From Spirogloea muscicola (Eukaryota): DNA of 64,000 nt. The position numbers were made by a program, and so were the translations under genes. The stretch spans positions 1,051,682 through 1,115,681 of the forward strand of contig WELB01000019.1 of assembly GCA_009602725.1 (NCBI GenBank). Direction: 5' to 3'. This document shows positions 1 through 11,125 of this stretch, piece after piece; position 1 is the first letter of the stretch, and every line of letters begins with the position of its first letter. Under the pieces are notes generated by a model. It made no database searches. It was not told the origin of the DNA and saw nothing but the letters and a program-made list of their open reading frames with translations.

Positions 1-375
1 TCCCTCTCCCTCTCTAGCTCGCACTGTCGCTCCCCCCCCTTTCCCCCCTCTCTCCACCCTCCCCACTTCCTCCCAACTTGACCGTCTTCGACTTTGGTCT
101 CTCATGCTCCTCCATACCTCCTCTTTGCCTCCCTCTTCCTGTCCTCCCCCCTCTCCCTCTGCAGCTCCATCTTTCCTTCCCTCCTGGCACCCTCCCTCCC
201 TCCTCCCTCTCTCCATTCCCCTGCCTCCAACCACCACCCCCCCAAAGCTGTGGGCGAGCCCCACTCTGCTTGGGCAGTATATCTGGCTAGGGGTGAAAGG
301 CCAACCAAAATTGGAGATAGCTGGATTCTTCTCTCCCACAGCTTGCCTGCAGGCTCCTTGACTGGCACTTCACAG

Positions 376-1388
376 GACAGCGGCAGCACGGGCCCGCACC
401 GCAGCCTGCGGGTGATCAAGGCCGGGCACATCCGCGACGTGCGCGTCGTGGGCCACTCGGACGGCGCCGCCGCCGACTTCCACCACCCGCTGCTCGACAC
501 CGCCGCGCTCCGCGCCCGCGAGGAGGCCGCTGTCAGGTCAGCTGGGCCGCCACAAAGCGGCAGGACCATGGTTAAGATTTACAGTTCGGGGTTTAGGGGT
601 TTAGGGCTTTAGGGGTTTGGGATTTAGGGTTTCAGGGTTTAGTGCCAGCTGAGACTACCAAGTGAGGCCTGCTAGTCTAGGAGTCGCCTGCGAGCCCGGC
701 CGGGAGTCATTCCGGCGTGCTACGGCTATGCCGCTTTGTGGACGCAGGCAGGCTGAGATGGAAGCGGAGCGGATCGGGGTCGGCGTGACACAGGAAGCCC
801 AGGACATCTTTGACGCCCTCTCGAAAACGTCAGTCAGTTACTTGCACTGGAGCCCCAGTTAACGCTTCTCGACCTGATTAAACTAAATGCATGGACTCCA
901 TGGAGCGCGCCAATGGATTTTGCAACTCGACGAGCTTTGCCAGTAGGGCCGAGCCTGAAGCTCGCCATCGCCAGCACTCCTTGATGGTTGCTGGCCTGGT
1001 GGCGTGGGGCGCCAGGCTGCCCGTGCGGTGGGACAAAACCGTCATCGTCGTCATGGACGAGGTGCAGGTATCGATCCCATATCACGCCACTGATGTCGCC
1101 GGCGGCAGCACTGCTGCCCTGGAGCGCGTCCGCAAAGTGGTAAGCCATTACCATTATTTTTACCCCGACTGTTTATCAAGCATAAGAGTCAAATTCCTCC
1201 CAGGTTTCAGAAATCTAAGCCCAGACATTAGCAGCTAGCGGCGGCTTCATAGTATCTGGGCTTCAACTTTATGCCGTGCCAAGCGTAAGGATAAGGCCTC
1301 GGGGATTGGCACTCTCAGACCCTCACATTTATCAATTATGCAGCTGGAGCTGGAGCGGAAGCGGCTGCTGGCCCGTGGGAAGAGCTGA
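376..1388 (+). CDS. LSM12: LSM12-like (Lsm + anticodon-binding domain) protein, copy 1, 5'-incomplete
   Basis: GT-AG exons 376-536, 748-828, 1016-1139 and 1344-1388 join to give ...[53 protein letters not shown]...LERVRKV-LELERKRLLARGKS*. This matches the plant LSM12/AD-domain pattern. The first exon(s) lie outside the window. Confidence 0.88.
586..642 (+). repeat. Degenerate telomere-like (TTTAGGG)n tract in an LSM12 intron
   Basis: Reads ggggtttaggggtttagggctttaggggtttgggatttagggtttcagggtttag. A shorter version lies at ~5220-5257 in copy 2. Confidence 0.8.
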
Positions 1389-1980
1389 GAGCCCCACCAT
1401 TTGGCACCTTGTGCTGAGCAACCTTTGTCAGGTGTAAGTTGCTTAGAGGCAACTTACATTAAGGCTTGCTTACTTTTGTTGACAGCTGCATACAGAGCAG
1501 CCAATATTACTGAGCCTCAATAAAGGCCGCCAGACCCTTTTGCCAACGAATGATGTGGAAATGAAAACCGTTGCCCTCCCGTGCAGCATGGCAGGCACTC
1601 GCTATAGCAACTTGGGTTCACCACCACTCGGCTTCTTGCCATCACTGAGCAGCTGCATGTCCTGCTGATATCAAGCAGCAAGTCGTTTTACTGATTTTTC
1701 CAAGGGCACAATGAGCACTTGAATTGACGAGCAGCCTTTTGGAGCTTACGATCATTCGTAAGTGCCACCTGGCTTGGTTTGGTTGCCCTTTTTATTTGTC
1801 AAAGAATATTTGTCTTTCAGAGCACCTCTCACGCTGACAGTGTGGCTCCACTGGCTCCACTGGCTCCACAACTGAAGCAATAGTCCAACCTTAGCAGCTT
1901 GCTTGAGCTTTGGATACCGACTTGATCCAGGGAAGCCCAATTTGAGCTAGATTGCAAAGGGTGTGTGCTTAGCAAAGCTG

Positions 1981-4570
1981 TCACGAGGCTGGCTCGACTG
2001 CAGAATCTTGCGATGATGAGGTTCCGAACTCGGGGGTGAAGAATCGCAGGAGGTCGAGGACGTAATTAGCACAAATAGGTCCAATAAGGTCCCCAACAGC
2101 AAAACCTGCAGAATAATAACACCACATTTTGCGAATGGACAGGCTTGTCTTTCATGGCAAGCATCGCAGAAATATTGGCACCCACTGCCTGTAAGAAATC
2201 ACAGATATACAAGCTCACTGAGAAAGAGAGCAGTATCAGCAGCACTATGACAAAGGCCTTCAACTGTTAGCAGTGGAATTGTGGTAGTGTGATCCATACC
2301 AAGAATTGGACAGTACTCTGGCCCAATTATGATTGTTAAAAGGCCTGCTCCGAAGGAGGCTGTCAGCAGGGAGAAGCAAGAGCGGAAGGTGTACAGCGGC
2401 ACTTTGTGGAGGGCTTCCCACAGCTCTCGCTTGGTCGCTTCAGAGGGCTGTGACGAGGATTGCAGCCTCTCTGCTTCTCGTCTCTTGATGAAGCGGTAGA
2501 AGTCAAAGATGAACTGCACCAGGCAGCCGGCAGCGGTGACAAGTACATTGGCTGCACAGTGCAAAGTGAGGCGCTCTTCAGCAACACACTTATGAGTACT
2601 AGAGGCCCAGCATTGTCCACAATGTAGCTCAAGGCTGCTAACGCCACAGAAGGATGGGTGAGAGGAAGCCTGGCTGTCCTTCGGAAGTAAAGCGGCAGTT
2701 AACTTGCCCACAAAAGCAGTGCTTGTCATTTGCCAGAGCAGGTCCCATCTGCCAAATCTTTTTCGCCGGACTTTCCGCACCGCAGATTTGGAAATATCTG
2801 CATGAGGTACTCAGCATGCTTAATGGTTGTGATCAAGTAATGCAAGGTTTTGTGACAGTGCAACAACTTGCTAACCCCTAGGCCTCTGCCAAGCCACCCA
2901 TACAAATGAGAAGATTTTGGAAGTGGTCAGTCAGAATGAAGAAATTAAGCTTGCACAGCGTCTCAGACTACGCCACTTCCCAGTCAGCAGCTTGCCAACA
3001 AGAAGTGGAGTTTCTTACCATGCCAACCAGGCATTCCAGTCCATGACACAGCAATTTGACCAACTTATTGAGCAGCTTGCACAAAGTTAGGAGCTGTCAG
3101 CCTATGCAGAAGTCAACCAAGAAGGATAGATTTGCACCTTTTGTCAGCTTCCACATCAGGCGCTTGGAGAGGACAAGCTGGGCGCATCTCTCGAGGAGGC
3201 GCGTCGTTGTCCTCACTATCACCTTCCAGACAGCGGACATAAATCTCGTCCAAGGTCAACATGGCCCAGAACTATGAGGGTGGCGTCGGCGGAGTAATTG
3301 ATTGAAACGTGCCGACCACTTTCACGATTACAACCGGCAGACCAGCAAGTGATCACTTGGAAAATTGATTCTCCAAGTGACATTGCTCTAGCTTCATAAT
3401 TTCTTATAATCTGCATGAGACAGGTCTTATCTATGGAGGATATATTAGCCCACTCCAGGGCCAGTAATAGCCACCGATGCGGTGCTGTTATATGCTGGCT
3501 CATCTCTTGGCGAAAAACTGATGGAGGAGGAGGGGCTGAGAAGCAGTACCTCCCGGTGGACACCCCAGAGAGTCTGGCAGCCAGCAAGGACCCAGTCTGG
3601 AGGCGGCTTGGGTGGCCGCAGCCGCGGCTCCAAGTTTTGATCCTCGTCCTCCTCAAACTGTCCCGCGAAGCGGACGCCGAGCACAACATAAAAACCCGTG
3701 GCCCTCCATCAAGCAACTTCAAGCAACTCCTGCCTATCCCAATTGGCCTGCTGTGACAGCAAGTGCAATCTGAACTAACACCTGCTTGCAATATTATAAC
3801 CAAGGAAATGAAAGAGATAATAAAGATGGAAATACGCACTGATGTCCAGCTCGCCTCTTGGACAGCAGCATGGGCTTACCTGTATGTAAGGCTCCAGCAT
3901 GATGAGGAGGTTGGAGACGAGGTTGCGCAGGAAGGCGACCAGGAGGCTCCGGAACTCGAACGCGGACAGCACGCCCTTGAGCGTGTACGAGTACTCCTTG
4001 TCCGGCGGCCTGAAGACGAAGCGCTCGAGCTCCGCGTCCTCCTCGGCTGCTGCTGCCGCCTCGCACAGCGCCAGCCTCGGTCGGGGCCACAGGCTGCTCA
4101 GCCACGAGCGCTCCTGCCTGAAGGAGCAACGACCAGTACACCCAGTACACCTGGTCAGCTCCAGCAACTCCTTCTGCCACTGGACCTGCCCCACATTGCC
4201 ATCAGCGAGCCCTGGCCGCGCTGACCGCCGTGCCAGGAGCTACTCAACTAGCAGCTTAACAGCCGCTAATTGACTATCAGCACCCGCATTCGCCTCGGCT
4301 GTGGCCGGCCTCCACAAGGCAAAGGCGGCACGCGGAGGCAATGATGGGATTATTCTAGAAGGCCTTAGAGCCAACTCGTTCGCTCACCGTCAAGGCGGCC
4401 TGCGAGACAGCACCGCTGGCGGCTCTGAGCACGAGGTTGCATGGGAGAAGGCATCGGCTCGCGGGGCGGCCTCACCTGCAGTGGCCGCCGGACGGCGACA
4501 CGGTGGCAGCCGCGGGCGCCGCGGGCCACCAGGAGCGCAGGATGGCGGCGCCGTCGGCGGTGAGGCAGGG
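1981..4570 (-). CDS. Conserved uncharacterised plant membrane protein, copy 1, 5' end lost in gap
   Basis: Seven exons join in frame: 4570-4476, 4117-3880, ~3658-3550, ~3222-3137, ~2797-2708 (GC donor), 2552-~2300 and ~2106-1981. The product reads VIVRTTTRLLER...MWKLTKDISKSAVRK...TAFVANVLVTAAGCLVQF...RSCFSLLTASFGAG...GFAVGDLIGP. It resembles a plant family I recall being auto-named 'IPP isomerase' without a Nudix motif. Function unknown. Confidence 0.72.
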
Positions 4571-5007
4571 NNNNNNNNNNNNNNNNNNNNNNNNNNNNNN
4601 NNNNNNNNNNNNNNNNNNNNNNNNNNNNNNNNNNNNNNNNNNNNCCCCTCTCTCCACCCTCCCCCCCTCCCTTCCACTTGACCAACTTTCAGATTTGGTC
4701 CCTTTCGCTCCTCCATGCCCTCCTCTTTCTCCTTCCCACTCTCTTCTTTGCCTCCCTCCTCCTTTCCTTCCTCCTCTCCCTCTGCAGCTCCGTCTTCCTC
4801 TCCCTCCTGGCCCCCTCCCTCCCTCCCTCCCTCTCTCTCTCCACTCCCCTGCCTCCAACTACCCCCCCCCCCAAAGCTGTGGGCGAGTCCCAAATCATCT
4901 CTGGGGATGATTTGTGGCTAGGGGTGAAAGGCCAACCAAAATCTGGAGATAGCTGGATTCTCCTCTCCCCCAGCTTGCCTGCAGGCTCCTTGACTGGCTC
5001 CCCACAG

Positions 5008-6013
5008 GACAGCGGCAGCACGGGCCCGCACCGCAGCCTGCGCGTGATCAAGGCCGGGCACATCCGCGACGTGCGCGTCGTGGGCCACTCGGACGGCGCC
5101 GCCGCCGACTTCCACCACCCGCTGCTCGACACCGCCGCGCTCCGCGCCCGGGAGGATGCCGCTGTCAGGTCAGCTGGGCCGCCACTAAGCGGCAGGACCA
5201 TGGTTAAGATTTACCGTTCAGGGGTTAGGGGTTTGGGGGTTTAGGGATTTGGGTTTTGTGCCAGCTGTAAGACTGATTGACTGAGCCCTGCTCGGCTGGG
5301 AGGTCACCTGCGAGCTCGGCCGGGAGTCATTCCGGCGAGCTATGGCTGTGGCGCTTTGTGGACGCAGGCAGGCGGAGATGGAAGCGGAGCGGATCGGGGT
5401 CGGCGTGACGCAGGAAGCCCAGGACATCTTCGACGCCCTCTCTAAAACGTCAGTCAGTTACTCGCAGTAGAGTCCCAACTTAAGCTTCTCGACCTGATCA
5501 ACCCAAATGCATCGACTCTAAGTGCGCGCCGCCGCATCTTGCAACTCGATGAGCTTTGCCGCTGTGGCCCAGCTCGAGGCTCGCCAGCACTCCTTGATGG
5601 TTGCTGGCCTGGTGGCGTGGCGCGCCAGGCTGCCCGTGCGATGGGACAAGACCGTCATCGTCGTCATGGACGAGGTGCAGGTTGCCAGTCCATATCACGC
5701 CACTGACGTCGCCGGCGGCAGCACCGCTGCCTTGGAGCGGGTCCGCAAAGTGGTATGGCATCGCCGTTCATTTCACCCTGACTGTCTTTCTAAGCATTAG
5801 AGTCAAAGCATCCCAGCTTTTAGAGCCCGAATCCCAGACTTAAGTGGCCTTTGCGCAGCCAGCGGCGGCTTCATAGTACCTGGGATTCAGCAATCTGCCG
5901 TGCCAAGCTCAGGATAAGGGTTTGGGGTATCATCACTCTCAGACCCTCACGTTGATCGCTATATGCAGCTGGAGCTGGAGCGCAAGCGGCTGCTGGCCCG
6001 TGGGAAGAGCTGA
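5008..6013 (+). CDS. LSM12: LSM12-like protein, copy 2, 5'-incomplete
   Basis: Same four exons and splice sites as copy 1 with a few substitutions (REDAAVR, VQVASPY). Ends LELERKRLLARGKS* at 6013. Confidence 0.85.
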
Positions 6014-6594
6014 GAGCCCCCAACAAGTGGCACCTTGTGCTGAGCGGCCTTTGTCAGGTGTAAGTTGTTTAGAGGCAGCTTACCTTAAGGCTTGCTAACT
6101 TTTGCTGAGAGCTGCATACAGAGCAGCCTTGTTACTGAGCCTCAATAAAGGCCGCCAGATCCTTTTGCCACCAAAACTGATGTGGAGAAGATTACCATTA
6201 CGCTCCCGTGCAGCATGGCAGGCACTTGCTATAGCAACTTGCTTCACCACCACTCGGCTTCTTGCCATTACTGATCAGCTGCATGTCCTGCTGATGCCTC
6301 TGTGCTCAAGCAGCAAGTCGTATGACTGTTTTTTAAAGGGCATGATGAGCACTTGAAGTGACAAGCAGCCCTTTGGAGCTTACGGTCATTTGTAAGTGTC
6401 ACCGGGCTTGGTTGCCCTTGTTATTTGTCAAAGAATATTGGTCTTCTAGAGCACCTCTCACGCTGACAGTGTGCTGGCTCTACTACTGTAGCAATAGTCT
6501 AATCTTAGCAGCTTGCTTGTGCTTTGGATACCGACTTGATCCAGGGAAGCCCAATCTGAGCTAGATTGCAGAGGGTGTGTGCTTAGCAAAGCTG

Positions 6595-9276
6595 TCACGA
6601 GGCTGGCTCGACTGCAGAATCTTGCGATGATGAGGTCCCGAACTCGGGGGTGAAGAATCGCAGGAGGTCGAGGACGTAATTAGCACAAATAGGTCCAATT
6701 AGGTCCCCAACAGCAAAACCTGCAGAACAATAACACCACATTTGACGACTGAACCGGCTTCTCTTGCATGGCAAGCACCACAAAAAGTTGGCACCCATTG
6801 CCTGTAAGAAGTCACAATGAGTTTCTTGCAGGCAGAGCGCCAATATCCAAGATGTGTCAGGACATGATGCACAAGAGGGAGCCAAGATGAGGTGGTGTTA
6901 GTGTTACACGAGACTAGAGATGTACAAGCTCACTGAGCAAAAGAGCGGTACCAGCAGCTCTTGACAAAGGCCTTCACAAGCGAGCAGTGGAATTGTTGCA
7001 GTGAAACACATACCAAGTATTGGACCGTACTCTGGCCCAATCATGATTGTCAGAAGGCCTGCTCCAAAGGAAGCTGTCAGCAGGGAGAAGCAAGAGCGGA
7101 AGGTGTACAGCGGCACTTTGTGGAGGGCTTCCCACAGCTCTCGCTTTGTCGCTTCAGAGGGCTGTGACGAGGACTGCAGTCTCTCTGCTTCTCGTCTTTT
7201 GATGAAGCGGTAGAAGTCAAAGATGAACTGCACCAGGCAGCCGGCGGCGGTGACAAGCACATTGGCTGCACAGTGCAATTTGAGGAGCTCTTCAGCAACT
7301 TGTGAGTAGCAGACCGGCATTAACTTCAATCCAGCTAGAGACTGCTAACGCCACAAAATGATGGGCGAGAGGAAGCCTGGCTGTCCTTGGAAGTTAAGAG
7401 AGGCAGTCAACTTGCCCACAAAAGCAGTGCTTGTCATTTGCCAGAGCAGGTCCCATCTGCCAAATCTCTTCCGCCGGACTTTTCGCACAGCAGATTTGGA
7501 AATGTCTGCATTGAGAGATTTCAGCATAATTAATGGATGTGATTAAATAATGCATATTTTTGTGACAGTGCAGCAACTTGCTAACCCCTATGCCTCTGCC
7601 AAGCAACCCATTCAGAAGAGAAGATTCTGGAACTGGTCAGTGAGAGTACACAGAGAAAGGCTTGCACAGGCTACTTCCTTTCCTAGTCAGCAGCTTGGCA
7701 ACAAGAAGTGGAATTTCTTACCATGCCCCACCAGGCATTCCAGTCCATGACAACAACAATTTGACCAACTTAATGAGCGGCTTGCGCGAAGTAAGGAGCT
7801 CTGATCCTATGCACAAGTCAGCCAAGAAGGATAAATATGCACCTTTTGTCAGCTTCCACATCAGGCGCTTGGAGAGGACAAGCTGGGCGCATCTCTCGAG
7901 GAGGCGCGTCGTTGTCCTCACTATCACCTTCCAGACAGCGGACATGAATCTCGTCCAAGGTCAACATGGCCCAGAACTATGAGGAAGGGGCGCCGGCGGA
8001 GTAACAACGTGCCAACCAGATCCCAGTCACAACTGGCAGACCAGCAAGTATTCATTTGGGAAGTTGATTTCCCAAGTGACACTGCTCTATCTTGGACATT
8101 TGTTATAATCTGCATGAGATTGGTCTAAATTATGGAGGAGATTATAGCCCACTCCAGGGCCTGTAATAGCTAACGATGCAGTGCTCTTACATGCTGGCTC
8201 GTCTCTTGGCAAAGAAGTAATGGAGGCGGAGGGGCTGACAAGCAGTACCTCCCGGTGCACACCCCAGAGAGTCTGGCAGCCAGCAAGGACCCAGTCTGGA
8301 GGCGGCTTGGGTGGCCGCAGCCGCGGCTCCAAGTTCTGATCCTCGTCCTCCTCAAACTGTTCCGCGGAATAGACGACAAGCACAACTTCAAAACCCGTGG
8401 CCCTCCATCAAGCAACTTCAAGCAACTTCGAGCAACTTCAAGTTCAAGCAACTCCTGCTCAAGCCAATCGGCCTGCTGTGACAGCAAGTGCAATCTGTAC
8501 AAATACCGGCTTGACAAAAAATTATAGCCAAAGAGATGAAAGAGATAAGAAAAGATGAAAATGCGCACTGATGTCCAGCTCGCCACTTGGGCAGCAGCAT
8601 TGGTGCTCACCTGTATGTAAGGCTCCAGCATGATGAGGAGGTTGGAGACGAGGTTGCGCAGGAAGGCGACCAGGAGGCTCCGGAACTCGAACGCGGACAG
8701 CACGCCCTTGAGCGTGTACGAGTACTCCTTGTCCGGCGGCCTGAAGACGAAGCGCTCGAGCTCCCTGTCCTCCTCGCCCGCCGCTGCCGCCTCGCACAGC
8801 GCCAGCCTCGGTCGGGGCCACAGGCTGCTCAGCCACGAGCGCTCCTGCCTGAAGGAGCAACGACCAGTACACCCAGTAAACCTGGTCAGCTCCACAACTC
8901 CTTCTGCCACTGGACCTGCCCCACATTGCCATCAGCGAGCCCTGGCCGCGCTGACCGCCGTGCCAGGAGCTACTCAATTAGCAGCTCCACAGCCGCTAAT
9001 TGACTATCAGCAGCCGCATTCGCCTCGGCTGTGGCCCGCCGCCACAAGGCAAAGGCGGCATGCGGAGGCAACGATGGGATCAGTCTGGAAGGCCTTAGAG
9101 CCGATAGCTCGTTCGCTCACCGTCAAGGAGGCGTGCGAGACGGCGCCGCTCTGACGGCTCTGAGCACGAGAGCCGCATGGGAGGAGGCATCGGCTCGTGT
9201 GGCGGCCCTCACCTGCAGTGGCCGCCGGACGACGGCGGCGAGGCGGCGGCCGCGGGCGCCGCGGGCCACCAGGAGC
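6595..9276 (-). CDS. Conserved uncharacterised plant membrane protein, copy 2, 5'-incomplete
   Basis: Same exon chain as 1981-4570, including the GC donor at 7415 and the ending GFAVGDLIGP...SAVEPAS*. Cut at N 9277. Confidence 0.7.
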
Positions 9277-9329
9277 NCCCTCCTACCATTGCTGCTTCCT
9301 CAACCTCCTCTAGCAGACCACAAGCGGTA

Positions 9330-10140
9330 CAGGTCGAGTGAATATACAGCCCCTCTCCTCAGTGGGCGAGCCCTTCTTCTGGCTTGCGCAGCGGGGTTGC
9401 TCCTCTTCCCCACAGCTCATCCGACTTCCTGCTGCTGACATGGGGGTACCAGGAGCGCCCTGTCTGCCTAGCCTGTGGCTCCGTTATGAACACCTGTATG
9501 CATCTGGCTGGCTTCCACACCGCTCTTAGAATATCAGCAGCCGCATGCTGGCTTGCTCAACAGGGGATGTTGAGCACCCAGCGGCCGTTTAAGTCGCTGT
9601 GTGCTTTGACTATTTACTGGCCCCTTCGAACTTCGTGCATCCTTTTTTCTGGGCTGGCCTATCTCCATCTCACTCTGGCGGCCCATGTTCCACGCATTGC
9701 ACCTGCATGCTGGCCGTGCTCTAGCTGCAGCCTCTGGCTCTCGTCGGTGAAATAGCTCTCTCTCACAGCCACTGCCCTCACCTGGAAGCGTCATTTCTTC
9801 CCGACTGCGAGTCTTTCTGATATGCGGCTCCTCTTGGGTTTACCAAGTGATTCATCGTACCGGCCATGCTCTAAGACAGCCATCGCCTTTGGCCCTTCGG
9901 ACCTTGTCAATTTCGAATCGGGCTGGCTGTTCACAGCCCTTGGCCCCTTTGGGAGAGCCACATCCTTATACAGCCATCGCCCTCTACTGGAAGAGACTCT
10001 CACTGTGGAAAGCCAGTCCAGAGGCAGAAGGGAGAATAAGAAACAGTGGGAAGAATGAATGGTTGGCATGTTAGTTTGGGGCATACCCCTAGACATTGTC
10101 CTGTACTGGCTGTTGGAGCTGGCCTCTCACAGCGACCTCC
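9330..10140. mobile_element. Cluster A of CRE-like non-LTR retrotransposon 3' fragments
   Basis: SSDFLLLTWGY at ~9420-9450 is followed by a 3'UTR shared with 44790-44880 and 51850-51960. Hairpin modules ggaccttgtc...gggctggctgttcacagccc lie at ~9890-9940. Confidence 0.7.
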
Positions 10141-11125
10141 AGTCTTCATCTGAGCGGCCCCTGCCGTTCTCGAGATGTTAACTTTGGGGCCTTCAGCTGT
10201 GCCTCCAGACTTCCACCGAGCCTTTCACAGCCAAAGCCACCTCATGAACGAGCCTTGGTGTACTAGCTGGCTAGCTGAGTAACCAAGCAAGGTAGGAGGC
10301 AGCTGCCGTGTGAGCGAGCAGGCCCAACGGGCTATGCTGTTTGTGGCCAGGAAGTAGCTCATAGAGACCCAGGTAACTGCAGGAGGGGCCACCAACTAGA
10401 GGAGCTTGCACCACGCCGCACCCAGTGGACTAAATCCGCCCTGCCATCAGCCACCTGGCACACGCAAGCTCTTCGTTCCCTGCCTTGAATAAACTGTAGC
10501 TTGCATCAGTACGGTGACTAGGCTTTCACACCACACCTGCCTCTGCACCTCGCTTGGCGAGCAGAATCTTGCGCGGCCTTGGTATTGACAAGGTTAGTAA
10601 GTAGGGTAGCAAGCCTGCGGCGAAGCTTTGCCCCTGGAGGGCGCCAGGTCACTTGTTGGACCATGCACAGCCTGCAACTTGTGGATTTTGTGCGACTCAA
10701 AGAAGGTAACGAAATTTGCAAAGAGTCTGTAAGTGTTCCAGCTTGTCCTCCAACTACAGCTTCAACATACAGCAAAAGCTCTAAATTTCAAGTGGTGGCA
10801 CTGTACGAGCACATCCTACATTCAGCTGCAGTAAGATGAGCTGTCTGCTGCTGCTAATCAACCTCTAGTGCCATAGGGCTGAGTCACCATGGCCGTAGCC
10901 CTGCAGCAGGCCTGCCTTGAAACATTTGGCTGTGTGATGAGTACTGGAGCAGTAAGGAGCAACTTGGAAAAGCAACTCGTCAGCAGCGAGTGTAAGTTTG
11001 ACCGGCGGACATGCTACTCAATGCATTGAAGTGCTTCCTTGGCGGTTGGCATCACTGGAAGCTCTGGTTGTCAAAACACAGAAACGACCAACACCCATGC
11101 TCAGCCACCCGGCGCGCTTGCATCT

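Larger units (their letters stand above)
45..9276. repeat. Tandem duplication of a ~4.6 kb two-gene unit (45-4570 vs 4645-9276)
   Basis: The units are colinear along their whole length, with near-identical exons and diverged introns. They are separated by a 74-N gap and end at a single N (9277). Confidence 0.95.

Noticed and set aside
1..375. Pro/Leu/Ser-rich N-terminal ORF extensions of LSM12 (also 4645-5007)
   Set aside because: This is low-complexity CT-rich intron read through in frame. The exon starts at the cag acceptor (376 and 5008).
10140..11000. Short minus-strand segments with a TPR-like look (LFKAGNEELACARW)
   Set aside because: They are too short, and no consistent exon chain or start could be built.
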